Counted from the first letter of the stretch, positions 37,621 to 48,116 are shown. The stretch is 64,000 nucleotides of DNA from Candidatus Heimdallarchaeota archaeon (GCA_018238155.1 JABCTZ010000036.1:32001-96000), one strand, 5' to 3'. The notes: generated from the letters alone by a model not told the origin. Numbers and translations: made by a program.

Positions 37621-38535
37621 TTATTTTTCAGCGATTATTGAATCTGCAAACCACTTGGCATCAAATGGTTTGAAATCAGAGTATTTTTGTCCTACGCCGA
37701 TGAAGATAATTGGTGCATCTGTTGAATATACGATAGAAAGTGCTGCGCCTCCTTTGGGATCAGCATCTACTTTAGTTAGAATACTTGCATCTATTCCTAT
37801 CATTTTGTTGTACTCTTCAGCTTGCATTGCTGCATCATTTCCAGTAAGTGCATCTGCAACAAAAATGTTCAAATCTGGCTCAGCAACTCTAACGATTTTT
37901 TGTAATTCTCTCATCAGATTTTTATTCGTTTGTAATCTTCCCGCTGTATCTGCAATAACAACATCAACTTTCTTTGAACGTGCATGTTGTATGGTATCGT
38001 AAATTACTGCTGCAGGGTCTGAACCATAATCCTGTTTAATTATTTTTACACCTAGTCTCTGACAATGTTTACTTATTTGGTCTATTGCTCCTGCGCGAAA
38101 AGTGTCCCCTGCACCAATAACTACAGTCAATTTCTTATTGATAAGAAACTGTGTGAGTTTTGCAATAGTAGTAGTTTTTCCTGCACCATTTGGACCAAAA
38201 ATGGCTAATATAGTTGGTTCTCCATTGGCTTTATTTTCTCTAATAATCTCTAAAAGGTCAATTTTATCTTTTGGCGCATTAAGAATTTTCATAACTGATT
38301 TTCTTAGCGCATCATAAGTTAATTTCTTTTTACTTGAAAGCCTACCAACCTTTGTTTTAACTAATTCTTGCTCAACTTCTTTAGTAATCTTCTCAGCAAT
38401 CGGTACTGCAACATTATTTGCAATTAAGGCTAATTGTAATTCATACAATGGTTTCTCAAGAGCTTTTTTTGTCAAATCTCTTTGAGTGATAGATTCTACC
38501 GCGCTATTAACTCCATCTCTAAATTTTTTGAACAA
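37621..38535 (-). CDS. ftsY: Signal recognition particle receptor FtsY
   Basis: GPNGAGKTTT, DTFRAGA, DTAGR, TKVD, KGGAALS. Confidence 0.96.
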   Translation of the reverse strand: MFKKFRDGVNSAVESITQRDLTKKALEKPLYELQLALIANNVAVPIAEKITKEVEQELVKTKVGRLSSKKKLTYDALRKSVMKILNAPKDKIDLLEIIRENKANGEPTILAIFGPNGAGKTTTIAKLTQFLINKKLTVVIGAGDTFRAGAIDQISKHCQRLGVKIIKQDYGSDPAAVIYDTIQHARSKKVDVVIADTAGRLQTNKNLMRELQKIVRVAEPDLNIFVADALTGNDAAMQAEEYNKMIGIDASILTKVDADPKGGAALSIVYSTDAPIIFIGVGQKYSDFKPFDAKWFADSIIAEK

Positions 38536-38623
38536 AAGAAATCACCTAATATTTGCTAATTATTTATCGGAGCTTTCGCTCTAATAAAGTATAATGAATG
38601 AGTAAATAAATACTATTCATTAT

Positions 38624-39091
38624 TTAACTTACTAAGCTTGGATCATATTGAGCCGGAGCTGGTCCTTGTAATTGCTGGATAAGAGCTTGTCCTTGTCGTT
38701 CAAGAGAACCCATTTGATTAGCAATCTGGTTTAATTGATCTGCTAATGTTTTACTTTCATTTTCAACTTCTACGATTCTCTTATCAATGTCCGTTATTGC
38801 AACATCGACTGTTTTTGATACAATAACTCCTGCACCAACACTATACAAAACATTCTTTGTATCTAGTGGCTTTGCTTTCATCATTATACCACTACCTAAT
38901 TGAATCAAAGTTTCCTCAGGATTACTCTCTTCTTTTAAGTTTACCAAAGTTGATTTTGATCTGCTTAAATCGAGCATATAGCTTCGTAAAGTTTCCATTT
39001 GTGTTTGGAGTTGTTTACTATACTCCTCGAATTGTTGTAGAGTGTTACTAATTTGTTGTAACTCATTTCTTAAAGTATCTTCATTACTCAT
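38624..39091 (-). CDS. pfdA: Prefoldin alpha subunit
   Basis: Coiled coil - LGSG...VGAGV beta hairpins - coiled coil; conserved aIF6-eL20-pfdA-ftsY order. Confidence 0.92.
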   Translation of the reverse strand: MSNEDTLRNELQQISNTLQQFEEYSKQLQTQMETLRSYMLDLSRSKSTLVNLKEESNPEETLIQLGSGIMMKAKPLDTKNVLYSVGAGVIVSKTVDVAITDIDKRIVEVENESKTLADQLNQIANQMGSLERQGQALIQQLQGPAPAQYDPSLVS

Positions 39092-39176
39092 TCAATTCAC
39101 CAATTATTGCTTTAATCATTTTCTAGTAAAAAAGTTTCCAGCAATAATAATTACTGTTCTTATTTACTAATTACTA

Positions 39177-39443
39177 TTATGAGACGGGGAGTTTGAGTTT
39201 ATCATTCCCGGCGATTTCTCTTAAGATTGGATTCTTTAATTCTGTCAAATCAATTTCAGCTACTTTACGAATAACTAAAAGTTGTCTTGGAACCCTATGT
39301 TTGCTTCCGATCAATGAATAAGCTTCTTCCAAAGCGTCCTTCTTTGATACTGCTCTTATTTCTATTTCAAACATTTTTTTATTCTTAAGTGGTTTTCTTG
39401 CAAATAATATTCTAAAATTTTTTACCTGAACTTCATTTGGCAT
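39177..39443 (-). CDS. rpl18a: 50S ribosomal protein eL20 (L18Ae/LX)
   Basis: EIRA...ALEEAYSLIGSKHRV motif; synteny. Confidence 0.9.
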   Translation of the reverse strand: MPNEVQVKNFRILFARKPLKNKKMFEIEIRAVSKKDALEEAYSLIGSKHRVPRQLLVIRKVAEIDLTELKNPILREIAGNDKLKLPVS

Positions 39444-39525
39444 TTGTTTTTAACCTTCTTTTCTGGTTTGTTTGAACTGCAAATCATATGTTTTTATTAT
39501 TTTTGGATAAAATGAATAATAAATA

Positions 39526-40200
39526 TTAACTTCCTTTCAAGGTTTGATATAATCTCTGTAACTCCGGACCAGTTGTATCTTTCCCTGTCACTGCTCCATG
39601 TGAATTTGCAAAAACGCCTATGCTAACATATGGAGTTCCTCTGTTCATTGTTCCAACGTTAACAGGTACATCTAACTTCTCGCTTAACCAAGTCATTTCC
39701 ATTTCTGTTGTTAATGGATGTGTCAATGCTCCTCTATTGGTTGTTAGAGCATGAGAACCAACTAGTGATGAATTGATTATATTCCCTTTTTCAACATCAA
39801 CATCCAAAACTTCCTTAATGACTGAAATTGCTTCTGGCTCGAATTTTTCATGTATAATTGCTCCATTATCATTTGCAAGAATACAGTTAGCTAAACATGT
39901 GAGTTTACTTTGCACAACACCAATTTTCACATCATCAGTTAATACTTCTTGAAGTCTTTCCAAGTCGCGATTACTAACAAAATGTGGAACAAGAATTCCA
40001 TTTGAATTAGCAACAGCTAATATACCGATAAGATTTGTATCGCCTACATTCACCTGGAAAACTGGAACTTCTAGTGCTTTTTCTATTGCTTCTACTGCTT
40101 TTTGCTCCCAGAGCTCTGAGATAACAGCAAATTTATCTGTAGCAACACCAAATGCACCTAGCGAAGTTAACCCTTCAACAGTAGTGCGTATAATATTCAT
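39526..40200 (-). CDS. eif6: Translation initiation factor 6 (aIF6)
   Basis: ANSNG, LANDNGA, GTMNRG, TTGPEL; GGTGA before ATG 40200. Confidence 0.95.
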   Translation of the reverse strand: MNIIRTTVEGLTSLGAFGVATDKFAVISELWEQKAVEAIEKALEVPVFQVNVGDTNLIGILAVANSNGILVPHFVSNRDLERLQEVLTDDVKIGVVQSKLTCLANCILANDNGAIIHEKFEPEAISVIKEVLDVDVEKGNIINSSLVGSHALTTNRGALTHPLTTEMEMTWLSEKLDVPVNVGTMNRGTPYVSIGVFANSHGAVTGKDTTGPELQRLYQTLKGS

Positions 40201-40462
40201 TTTATTCACCTAATTTAACATTCAGAGGATTAATTTTCACTTAATACTAACAAATTTACAACTAGTACTAAGAAAACGATTTTCTCTATTTGAGCAACCT
40301 TCTGAATTGCTATTTAAATCATTGCGAAAGAACGATTTTTCAGAATAGCATCATTATAGCTATTATGAAAATCGAAAAAATGACTAATAAATAAAATACT
40401 TTGGTTGAAAAATAACTAAATTGAGGGATAATTTTTAACGATACAATTGTATTAATTCTACT

Positions 40463-41386
40463 ATGGCAACTTTGAAGGTAGTCTCAATATCACATTCAAT
40501 TGATCCTGATGGAATAGGTTCACAAGCAATTATTTTTAGATACTTTAGAGAATTGAAAATTGAACCAATCGGTTTTCTTACAGATTATCATAATTTTGTA
40601 GAAGTATTTCAACAAGCATTAGATGAGAAACCTAATGTTTTGATAATTAGTGATATCGGTATCAATAAATCGCACTTCTCGAAGATCATTGAATCTTTAA
40701 AGGAGCTTCAAGCAAGGAAAATTTGGATTGATCATCACAAAGTATCTGATGAGGATAAAGCTGTCTTACTGGATGTTTTGGATGAATTTATTCATGACAC
40801 AAAATATTGTGCAGCAGAACTCGTTCAAAAAAGGTTCATGCCAAATGATGAAATATCTAAGAAAATTGCTACTATAGGTCATAACGGAGATTTTGATGTT
40901 CCAGACAGACTGTCAAATATTTTCTATACATTGATTGATTATTACAGACTGTCGATGAAAGATTTAATCAAGGTTCGAGAAATGTTTGCAAAAGGTGATT
41001 TTGAAGATGAACAATTTATCAATTGTTATTTGGAAGCATACAAAATTTTCGAAGCAGAGCGAGATCGAATTAAAAACGCTAAAAAAGTGCTAACTATTGC
41101 AGGATTTACTATTGCTATTGCTGAATCAGCTCTTCTTCCAAGAGGGAAGGTAACTAAATTTTTATCAGAAATTGGTGCTCAAGATATTTATCTAGCAATT
41201 GATACCACTAATTTCAGAATTGGATTAAGAAGTGATAATTTTGATGTTGCTGCATTGGCAGTTAAATTCGGTGGTGGTGGACACAAACACCGCTCTGGTT
41301 TTACCTATGATGGAGCTCTAAATAAAGAGCAAAATTTAGATGAAAACTTTCTTAAAAAATTTGAAGATGCTCTTAAAAATCCTTAA
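40463..41386 (+). CDS. DHH/DHHA1 phosphoesterase
   Basis: HSIDPDG, SDIG, WIDHH, GGGGH motifs. Confidence 0.88.
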   Translation: MATLKVVSISHSIDPDGIGSQAIIFRYFRELKIEPIGFLTDYHNFVEVFQQALDEKPNVLIISDIGINKSHFSKIIESLKELQARKIWIDHHKVSDEDKAVLLDVLDEFIHDTKYCAAELVQKRFMPNDEISKKIATIGHNGDFDVPDRLSNIFYTLIDYYRLSMKDLIKVREMFAKGDFEDEQFINCYLEAYKIFEAERDRIKNAKKVLTIAGFTIAIAESALLPRGKVTKFLSEIGAQDIYLAIDTTNFRIGLRSDNFDVAALAVKFGGGGHKHRSGFTYDGALNKEQNLDENFLKKFEDALKNP

Positions 41387-41480
41387 AGATAGCAAAAAGC
41401 ATATGCTTCTAGATTAATTAATTAATTAATTCATTAATTGTTTGAAAGAAGCTATTGTACTATTTGGAAGTTTGTTTAAA

Positions 41481-42566
41481 ATGCTAAAAGATAGACAAAA
41501 ACGTTTGAAAGATTTTATGAAAACTGATGGTTCAGAATGCTTGCTTTTATTTCCAGGAGTAGATTTGTTTTATTCTACTGGTTTGGAAACACATGCGAGT
41601 GAGCGATTGACTGTAGCAATAATTCCAACTGAAACTGACCCAATAATTATTTGTCCCAGTTTTGAAAAAACAAGGCTCGAAAGAGGACTCGGAACAGGCT
41701 CAATAAGAACTTGGGAAGAAAATGAAAATCCGTTTGAGCTATTAGGAAAAATTCTTCAAGAGCTTGATGTTGACCAGAAGCAGATATCCTTAGATAATAA
41801 ATTATGGTTTGAGTGGTTTCTAAAAATAAGAGAACAAATACCAAAAGCAACTTTTGTTGACGCGAAAGCAATAGTTCAAGCATCACGACTGATAAAATCT
41901 GAAGGAGAAATTTCTTTACTTCGCGAAGCTGCGAAAATAGCTGCACATTCAATTAGAGATACAATCGCAGAAGTAGAAGTGGGAATGACTGAGCTTGAAA
42001 TTGCTAAAATCGTTGATGAGAAATTATCAAAGGCAAGTGGAACAACTGCATTTGCAATAGTTCAATCCGGACCAAACACTGCAGTACCTCATGCCGGACC
42101 TTCTGAAAGAAAAATTGAAAAAAATGATGTTTTGCTTATTGATGCGGGACCAAAGTACAAGGGCTATCTCGGAGATATCACAATGACTTCTGTAATTGGT
42201 GAACCAAGTGATAAATTCAAGAAAATTTATGATATTGTCTATAAAGCAAATAGGGCTGCGTTTGCTGCATCAAAGGATGGAGCTATTGCAGAAGATGTCG
42301 ATAAGGCAGCACGCCAAGTGATTATTAAAGAGGATTATGGCCAATATTTTTCCCATAGATTGGGACATGGGATAGGAGTAGAAGTACATGAAGCACCATA
42401 TATGGTCTCTGGAAACAAACTTATCTTAAAAGAAGGTATGTGTCACACAATTGAACCTGGAATTTATATTGAAGGCGAATTTGGTATTCGAATAGAGGAT
42501 GATGTTGTCGTTCGTAAGAATAATTGTGAATTTCTTTATGAGGCGCCGCGAAGGATTTGGGAGTGA
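41481..42566 (+). CDS. Xaa-Pro peptidase (M24B)
   Basis: Creatinase-like N-domain; DAG, GDITMT, HRLGHGIGVEVHE, EPGIY, RIEDD. Confidence 0.93.
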   Translation: MLKDRQKRLKDFMKTDGSECLLLFPGVDLFYSTGLETHASERLTVAIIPTETDPIIICPSFEKTRLERGLGTGSIRTWEENENPFELLGKILQELDVDQKQISLDNKLWFEWFLKIREQIPKATFVDAKAIVQASRLIKSEGEISLLREAAKIAAHSIRDTIAEVEVGMTELEIAKIVDEKLSKASGTTAFAIVQSGPNTAVPHAGPSERKIEKNDVLLIDAGPKYKGYLGDITMTSVIGEPSDKFKKIYDIVYKANRAAFAASKDGAIAEDVDKAARQVIIKEDYGQYFSHRLGHGIGVEVHEAPYMVSGNKLILKEGMCHTIEPGIYIEGEFGIRIEDDVVVRKNNCEFLYEAPRRIWE

Positions 42567-43069
42567 CCTCAATCCAAACTCTTTTTTCTAGTTCAAACCT
42601 ACATCTATCCAATGCTAGTGGAACTTATGTAATTTTCATTGATGTTTCTAAAGAAATTCTCTTAAAAATAGGCTCATTAGGAGAGATGAAATTTAGTAAA
42701 GGATATTATATCTATATTGGGTCTGCATTTGGTCCTGGTGGATTAGTAAAAAGAGTTGAAAGACATTTACGAAATGAAAAGAAACTTTTCTGGCATATTG
42801 ATTATTTATTGAATTCTTCATCAGCTAAAATAATTGCTGTTGCTTGGATAGCAGATAGGCAAAAATTGGAATGCATTATTTCACAGGAAATAGATAAATC
42901 ATCGCCTTTAGTGAAATCTTTACTTCATTTTGGATCTAGCGATTGTAAATGCACAAGTCATCTGAAACAAATAAAGACAAAACTCAGAAGAGATTTTTAC
43001 AAAGTAATTTTATCAATGATTGAGCCTTACGATATGATTTTTGAAGACTTCACTAATAATCTCTCTTGA
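42563..43069 (+). CDS. GIY-YIG (Uri/DUF123) endonuclease
   Basis: GTY...GYYIYIGSAFGPGG...RH...WHIDYL, FGSSDCKC.SHL. Confidence 0.88.
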   Translation: MTSIQTLFSSSNLHLSNASGTYVIFIDVSKEILLKIGSLGEMKFSKGYYIYIGSAFGPGGLVKRVERHLRNEKKLFWHIDYLLNSSSAKIIAVAWIADRQKLECIISQEIDKSSPLVKSLLHFGSSDCKCTSHLKQIKTKLRRDFYKVILSMIEPYDMIFEDFTNNLS

Positions 43070-43146
43070 TGATAATTTTTTAAACAAGATTAATAATCAG
43101 TATTTAACATATTCACGTTTATTAAAAATACTATTTCAAAGATACT

Positions 43147-43728
43147 GTGGTTGATAAAATGCCTGAAGTTGAGACAATTGAATATTTCAAAAGCGCCGGG
43201 AAAGCAAATACAGAGAAAGCATTGAAACTTGCTTATGAATATTCTGAAGAATATAAAATCCCCAAAATAGTTATTGCTACTACAAAGGGCAGCACCGCAG
43301 CAAAAGCACTTGATATTTTCACAGACCTTGAAAAATTAGTTATAGTAACTCATTCATTCGGTTTTTTGAAACCAGGCGAGAGTGAAATGGATGATGATTT
43401 GCTTGGACTACTTAAGAAAAAGAATATTTCAGTTCTAACAGGAACTCATGCTTTCGCAGGAGTAGATAGAGCCATTAGAAAAAAGCATGGTACCTGGGAA
43501 ATTGCAGAGTTAATTGCTGAAGTCTATAGGACATTTGGTCAAGGAACAAAAGTTTGTGCAGAAATAACTTTGATGGCAGCTGATTCTGGGCTTGTACCAA
43601 TTGACCAAGATATCTTGGCTGTGGGTGGAACTGGTAGAGGTGCAGATACTGTGTGGCAAATTCAACCTACAAACACCTTTAGTTTCTTTGATTTAAAAAT
43701 GAAGAAATGTCTTTGTAAACCACTTTAG
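43147..43728 (+). CDS. Pyruvate kinase C-terminal-like domain protein (archaeal conserved family)
   Basis: GKANT, VTHSFGF, THAFAG, FGQGTKVCAEITLMAADSG, GGTGRGADT. Confidence 0.85.
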   Translation: MVDKMPEVETIEYFKSAGKANTEKALKLAYEYSEEYKIPKIVIATTKGSTAAKALDIFTDLEKLVIVTHSFGFLKPGESEMDDDLLGLLKKKNISVLTGTHAFAGVDRAIRKKHGTWEIAELIAEVYRTFGQGTKVCAEITLMAADSGLVPIDQDILAVGGTGRGADTVWQIQPTNTFSFFDLKMKKCLCKPL

Positions 43729-43732
43729 ATTT

Positions 43733-44200
43733 TTATGTTAATCTTTTTGCAGCTTTAACTATGTATTCTCGAGCATTCTCTCGAGATGCTTGTTTAATTA
43801 TTAATCGAGTAAAGAAATTCAATTTTTCTTTATCTAAATTAAATTGCTCAACTAAAAGAGCTTTTATTTTCAATTCAGAAGAATTCGAAGGCAAATCTGC
43901 GATAAATTCTGCAACATCTAATATTGAAGCATCTTGAACTGTTTCTCTTTTGGGTGTTCCGAAAATTTGTTTTGAAAGCTCTTCCAAGTGATTGTTGTGT
44001 GCTTTCACAATCACTTCATATTCTTTTCCTTCATATTTCGGCAAAATGCGAATTTCTAAAGAGCGATCTTCATTGTGTAAACTGTACCCCAATTCTTGAT
44101 TTAAATTTGCTTTTCTAATTTCTACTCTTTCTTCTAGCTTATCAATGAGTACTTCAACTTCTGAATCGGATTTAAAATTATAAATTAATTCTTTCGCCAA
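43733..44200 (-). CDS. Hypothetical protein, paralog of 46504-46953
   Basis: GGTGA before TTG; shared IFGTPKR / LIIKQASRENA...KAA blocks. Confidence 0.75.
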   Translation of the reverse strand: MAKELIYNFKSDSEVEVLIDKLEERVEIRKANLNQELGYSLHNEDRSLEIRILPKYEGKEYEVIVKAHNNHLEELSKQIFGTPKRETVQDASILDVAEFIADLPSNSSELKIKALLVEQFNLDKEKLNFFTRLIIKQASRENAREYIVKAAKRLT

Positions 44201-44298
44201 ATGAGTTCACCTGAAAGCTTAACCTACGAGTCAATCTTTCTAACTACCATTGAACAATTCTAATTTTAATATGTATCTAAATTTGATAGAAATTTTCG

Positions 44299-44335
44299 AA
44301 AAAAGAGATACTGTTGGTAGTCTTTTTCTACCAAC
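44299..44335 (-). terminator. Hairpin plus T-tract after the PLD gene
   Basis: gttggtag/ctaccaac 8-bp stem, then T6 on the minus strand. Confidence 0.5.
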
Positions 44336-44358
44336 TCTTCAGAATTTTTCATGAAATT

Positions 44359-46425
44359 CTATTGTTTTCTTCTCTTAATAGATACCGTTGCAACGAGTAT
44401 TATTGCAAAAATACTGGTTACAAATACGTATCCCGGAATAAATCCGGAAGCAGTTGATAGAGGAGGTATGGTAATAAATACCGTTCCAGGATTAGGTGTA
44501 TCTGTTTTAAAGTCTACTGAGCAATCATCTGTATCGTGATTTGCGGGGTCTCTTTGTAGACTCAAAGATTCATCCATATCGCTATCCCATGCAGTTATTG
44601 TTGTAAGACTTCCAGTACCCCAAACAACTGCATCCACCATTGTTGTGGTTGGAGTGTCTAATTTTAGATAATCGCCTGTATTTGCCAGAGTAATTGATCC
44701 ATAGGTGAAATCAGGAGCAACTGTAGATACTCCAAGATCATCCATTTGTTCCATGAAAGCAGTGGCATTTCGAGCAAAAATCAAAATATCTCCAGCAGAA
44801 AACACTGTACCGGCAGGAATAACATAAGAGGCTCCATTGTCAGAAATCTCCCATCCACCTATACCTACATTGAAAGCAAATCCATTATATAGCTCAAAGA
44901 ATTCACCATCAGGTTCTGGTGTGTCAGCATCATATCTTACTTCAGAAAAGAGTAATAACCATTCTTCATCGTTTATGATATTAACATCAATTTCATCTAC
45001 AATCGCAGTAAGGTCAGCTTTTGTACCAACTATTTTTATGGTAGACAATCCATTAGCAAAAGATGTTGTATCTAAATTGTAAGAAACAACTGCAGATGGA
45101 TTTGTCCAAGTATGTGCTAATGTTGTTCCAACAAATAATTCACCTTTAGTATAAGTATCGATGTAAAATCCTGCATCTATGCTATAGGTTCCGTCAATGA
45201 CTTCATGCTCTTCCACATCAATTATTTCCACTGTGCCTGTATACCCTGTAGGAACTTCACTATTAGCCCAATCCCAATCAAATACTGTTTTGAAATATTT
45301 TGAAACATTGGCGTTAAATACAATGGCACCTGCTTCTCGGTTTTTTGTTATAGAATTATTCGAGAAATTTATGCTCGAGATTGAGGTTTGTTCTCCATCA
45401 ATGGAAAGGTATTTGTTATGATTATGTCCAAGTCCTTTGAAGAATCGTATTTCAATATTATTTGACAATAGCGTTCCAGTTACATTCTCATTAGCTACTC
45501 CGGGTTCTGGAATTAGAACTCTCACAGAAACTCCTCTGCTTGCTGCAGCAATGATATTGTCCAATAAATCACAATCAAATTTGATGTATTGCTGTGAAAT
45601 ATCAAGTGTTGTTGTTGCATTATTGATGAGTGAGGATAACAAATGATAGCTATTATCGGGTGAGAAGATTGGCGTTACAATCATATATTCATTTATTACT
45701 TTTAGAGTATCAAATGGATGAGTGTATGTTCCACCTGTTTCATTTCCTTGTAATGAACCAAGATGAGGTTCTATTCCTGCATAAGGATTTCCAATTGCTT
45801 GATCATCAAAGAACACATCTTCATAATAAGCAGCTATACTTGCATTTTCAAAAGCAAAACCCAATTCTCTATTGGTCCTAGCCCAATTTACTTGTGGAAT
45901 ACTTGAGGGTGCCCAGTTCCCTGAATAAACAAAGGCTTCAAGACTATCCACAATCCAGAATTTTGCATGAGTGAATCTAAAGCTTGAGCTGCACCAAGTA
46001 ACAGTGATACTCAAATTTGCATTGTCAAGTCGATATGCAGCTTCTTCAGTGTAATCATCTTCATATCCACTAACGCGGTCATGAGATAATGATACTTGAA
46101 CATCTACACCTCTTCTTGCAGCTTCAATTAGTCTATTGACTAATGGTTCACTGGAGAGTGTATAAACCTCAAGATAGAATGACGTTGTTGAATCATTTAA
46201 TGATTTCATAATAACCTCATATGCTGAATCTGGTCCAACAAAACAAGTAACCTTGCTCACACCTGCAAACTCTTCGGTTGTGATTGCATTAGGATTTACC
46301 CATGGATTGATTATTTTAATTGGATCTTTAGCAACAACAACAGTCGCTTCTGTGTTGAGTACCATAAAGACTGTAGGTAAAATTAACATTGTTGCAATAA
46401 AAATCACGAGCTCATTATTTTTCAT
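44359..46425 (-). CDS. Secreted, surface-anchored phospholipase D-family protein with lamin-tail domain and C-terminal sorting signal
   Basis: Signal peptide; two HKD motifs (HAKFWIVD, HNKYLSID) with NRELG/NREAG; LTD SEVRYD...EFFELYN...LANTGD; IPGY + TM + KRRKQ. Confidence 0.87.
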   Translation of the reverse strand: MKNNELVIFIATMLILPTVFMVLNTEATVVVAKDPIKIINPWVNPNAITTEEFAGVSKVTCFVGPDSAYEVIMKSLNDSTTSFYLEVYTLSSEPLVNRLIEAARRGVDVQVSLSHDRVSGYEDDYTEEAAYRLDNANLSITVTWCSSSFRFTHAKFWIVDSLEAFVYSGNWAPSSIPQVNWARTNRELGFAFENASIAAYYEDVFFDDQAIGNPYAGIEPHLGSLQGNETGGTYTHPFDTLKVINEYMIVTPIFSPDNSYHLLSSLINNATTTLDISQQYIKFDCDLLDNIIAAASRGVSVRVLIPEPGVANENVTGTLLSNNIEIRFFKGLGHNHNKYLSIDGEQTSISSINFSNNSITKNREAGAIVFNANVSKYFKTVFDWDWANSEVPTGYTGTVEIIDVEEHEVIDGTYSIDAGFYIDTYTKGELFVGTTLAHTWTNPSAVVSYNLDTTSFANGLSTIKIVGTKADLTAIVDEIDVNIINDEEWLLLFSEVRYDADTPEPDGEFFELYNGFAFNVGIGGWEISDNGASYVIPAGTVFSAGDILIFARNATAFMEQMDDLGVSTVAPDFTYGSITLANTGDYLKLDTPTTTMVDAVVWGTGSLTTITAWDSDMDESLSLQRDPANHDTDDCSVDFKTDTPNPGTVFITIPPLSTASGFIPGYVFVTSIFAIILVATVSIKRRKQ

Positions 46426-46503
46426 AAAAGATAATTAGCATCTCATTAAATAAATATGTAGCGCCTAAAAAAATAATGTTCGAGATCTAGAAACCTTGTT
46501 TTA

Positions 46504-46953
46504 CTATTTTTGTAGTATTTCTGCTGCTTTAATAAATAGATCTGCTGCATTCGATCGTCTGAGTTGATTCTTTATTAACTTTTGATATTGAAGATATTGT
46601 CGTTCATTTACTTCCATGATTTCCATAATCTCTTCTTTTGATTTTTCCGTTATTCCTGGAATAGCAATTAATTCCTGTGCAAATTCTAGTGGAGTTAAGC
46701 GTTGTTCTGCTGTTCTAGCAGGATCTCCCAAGATAGATTTGAGAAAATCGATGTCTTTCTGGGATGCACCCCAAACATTGTATGTATATTTATCGCCCAT
46801 GCTTCGTTCTGTGATTTGTAATTTAGGTTCTACTAAAATGAATCTACTCACACCATCGTCATCATACTGTGTTGTAGTAGAATATTTTTCAGCTATTTTA
46901 TCTAATTGATCTGTAGAGTAGTTCTCTGTACTAATCTGAAATATGGCTTTCAT
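46504..46953 (-). CDS. Hypothetical protein, paralog of 43733-44200
   Basis: ILGDPAR / LIKNQLRRSNA...KAA blocks. Confidence 0.75.
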   Translation of the reverse strand: MKAIFQISTENYSTDQLDKIAEKYSTTTQYDDDGVSRFILVEPKLQITERSMGDKYTYNVWGASQKDIDFLKSILGDPARTAEQRLTPLEFAQELIAIPGITEKSKEEIMEIMEVNERQYLQYQKLIKNQLRRSNAADLFIKAAEILQK

Positions 46954-47006
46954 ACATTTGAATTCTTACTGTACTTTTTATTGCTTTCTCTATCAGCAAA
47001 AACGAT

Positions 47007-48116
47007 TTAAAATAGATCCTTCACTGAAAGTTCAATCGCTTTTACAAAATCATTGGGAGAAACGCCTGGAATATCTAATTTATGTTCTTGATAAGCAATT
47101 GAAATAGCACTTTCGATATGTTTTGGATGAACAAGCTTACCAATTAAAGCATTTTCTAGAACTTCAGGAGTATTCATTGGATTTGCAGAAAAATCACCAC
47201 TAATGATAATATCCTTGAAAAAACCGTCAACAATTTCCATGAAGATGCGAATAAGCCCACCAGGAGCTTTGTAAACTGACTCATAAATCTGAGTTGAACT
47301 TGATATCTTTACTTTTCGTTTTGACATTAAATCAGACCGTCTGTGTTGAGGAATATTCAACCACTCATCTTCTTTGTAAAGTTTTAGAAGTTCTTTGTTG
47401 ATTACTTGTTCTTTTTGAAGGAATTCAGTTTCCCTTCTAAATTTCACTCCAAGAACCTTTTCAAAATTATTGATGAGGATTTGTTTAATTTTCTGTCTGT
47501 CAGGTTCTTCCTTGAGGAACCCCTTAATTGTTCCTAATCTCTCACGAAGACTTGAAGCTATTTTATCTCTAAATTTCTCATTTGGCACTTTGAGAACCTT
47601 AACCATTTCTTCAAAATTGAAATCAAAAATGAGGTTTCCTGTTAAAACACGGGCACCACCAATCTGTGCGGCTCCATTTCCAGAAATCTTCTTACCATCT
47701 GCAACAATATCATTTATTGGTGCATAAACGGCATTAATTCCAATTGTTTTATAGGTTTCAATTGGTGCTTGGAGTATTTTTTGATAGAATCTAGCAACAT
47801 CTTTTGGTATAACTTTACTATCTAATCTAGCAATTATTTGATAGAACAATTGACCTTTATCTAGATAGACTGCTCCTCCTCCTAAAGGTCTACGAACGAT
47901 TGTCAAACCTTTTCTCTGACAATATTCTACATCTACTTCCTCTTCAATTATCTGATGATAGCCAATACAAACCGTTGGATCTTCTGGCCAACAGATAATT
48001 ATTGTATTCTCAATGTCATCATATCTTTCCATTGCTTCTGCAATTGCATGATAGACTGTTTGGGATTCTGCACCTGGTAATTCATCAAATTCAATTAAAC
48101 GCCATTCTTCAGACAT
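47007..48116 (-). CDS. lplA: Lipoate-protein ligase A family
   Basis: RRPLGGGAVYLD, ND...GKKISGNG, C-terminal KAPGGL...SGDF domain. Confidence 0.9.
   Translation of the reverse strand: MSEEWRLIEFDELPGAESQTVYHAIAEAMERYDDIENTIIICWPEDPTVCIGYHQIIEEEVDVEYCQRKGLTIVRRPLGGGAVYLDKGQLFYQIIARLDSKVIPKDVARFYQKILQAPIETYKTIGINAVYAPINDIVADGKKISGNGAAQIGGARVLTGNLIFDFNFEEMVKVLKVPNEKFRDKIASSLRERLGTIKGFLKEEPDRQKIKQILINNFEKVLGVKFRRETEFLQKEQVINKELLKLYKEDEWLNIPQHRRSDLMSKRKVKISSSTQIYESVYKAPGGLIRIFMEIVDGFFKDIIISGDFSANPMNTPEVLENALIGKLVHPKHIESAISIAYQEHKLDIPGVSPNDFVKAIELSVKDLF

Noticed and set aside
40270-40343. Imperfect direct repeat aagaa(a)acgatttt upstream of eif6
   Set aside because: Two short AT-rich copies only; insufficient to call an operator
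42563-43069. GIY-YIG protein as a homing endonuclease or mobile element
   Set aside because: Matches the stand-alone archaeal DUF123 type, translationally coupled to the peptidase gene, with no intron/intein context
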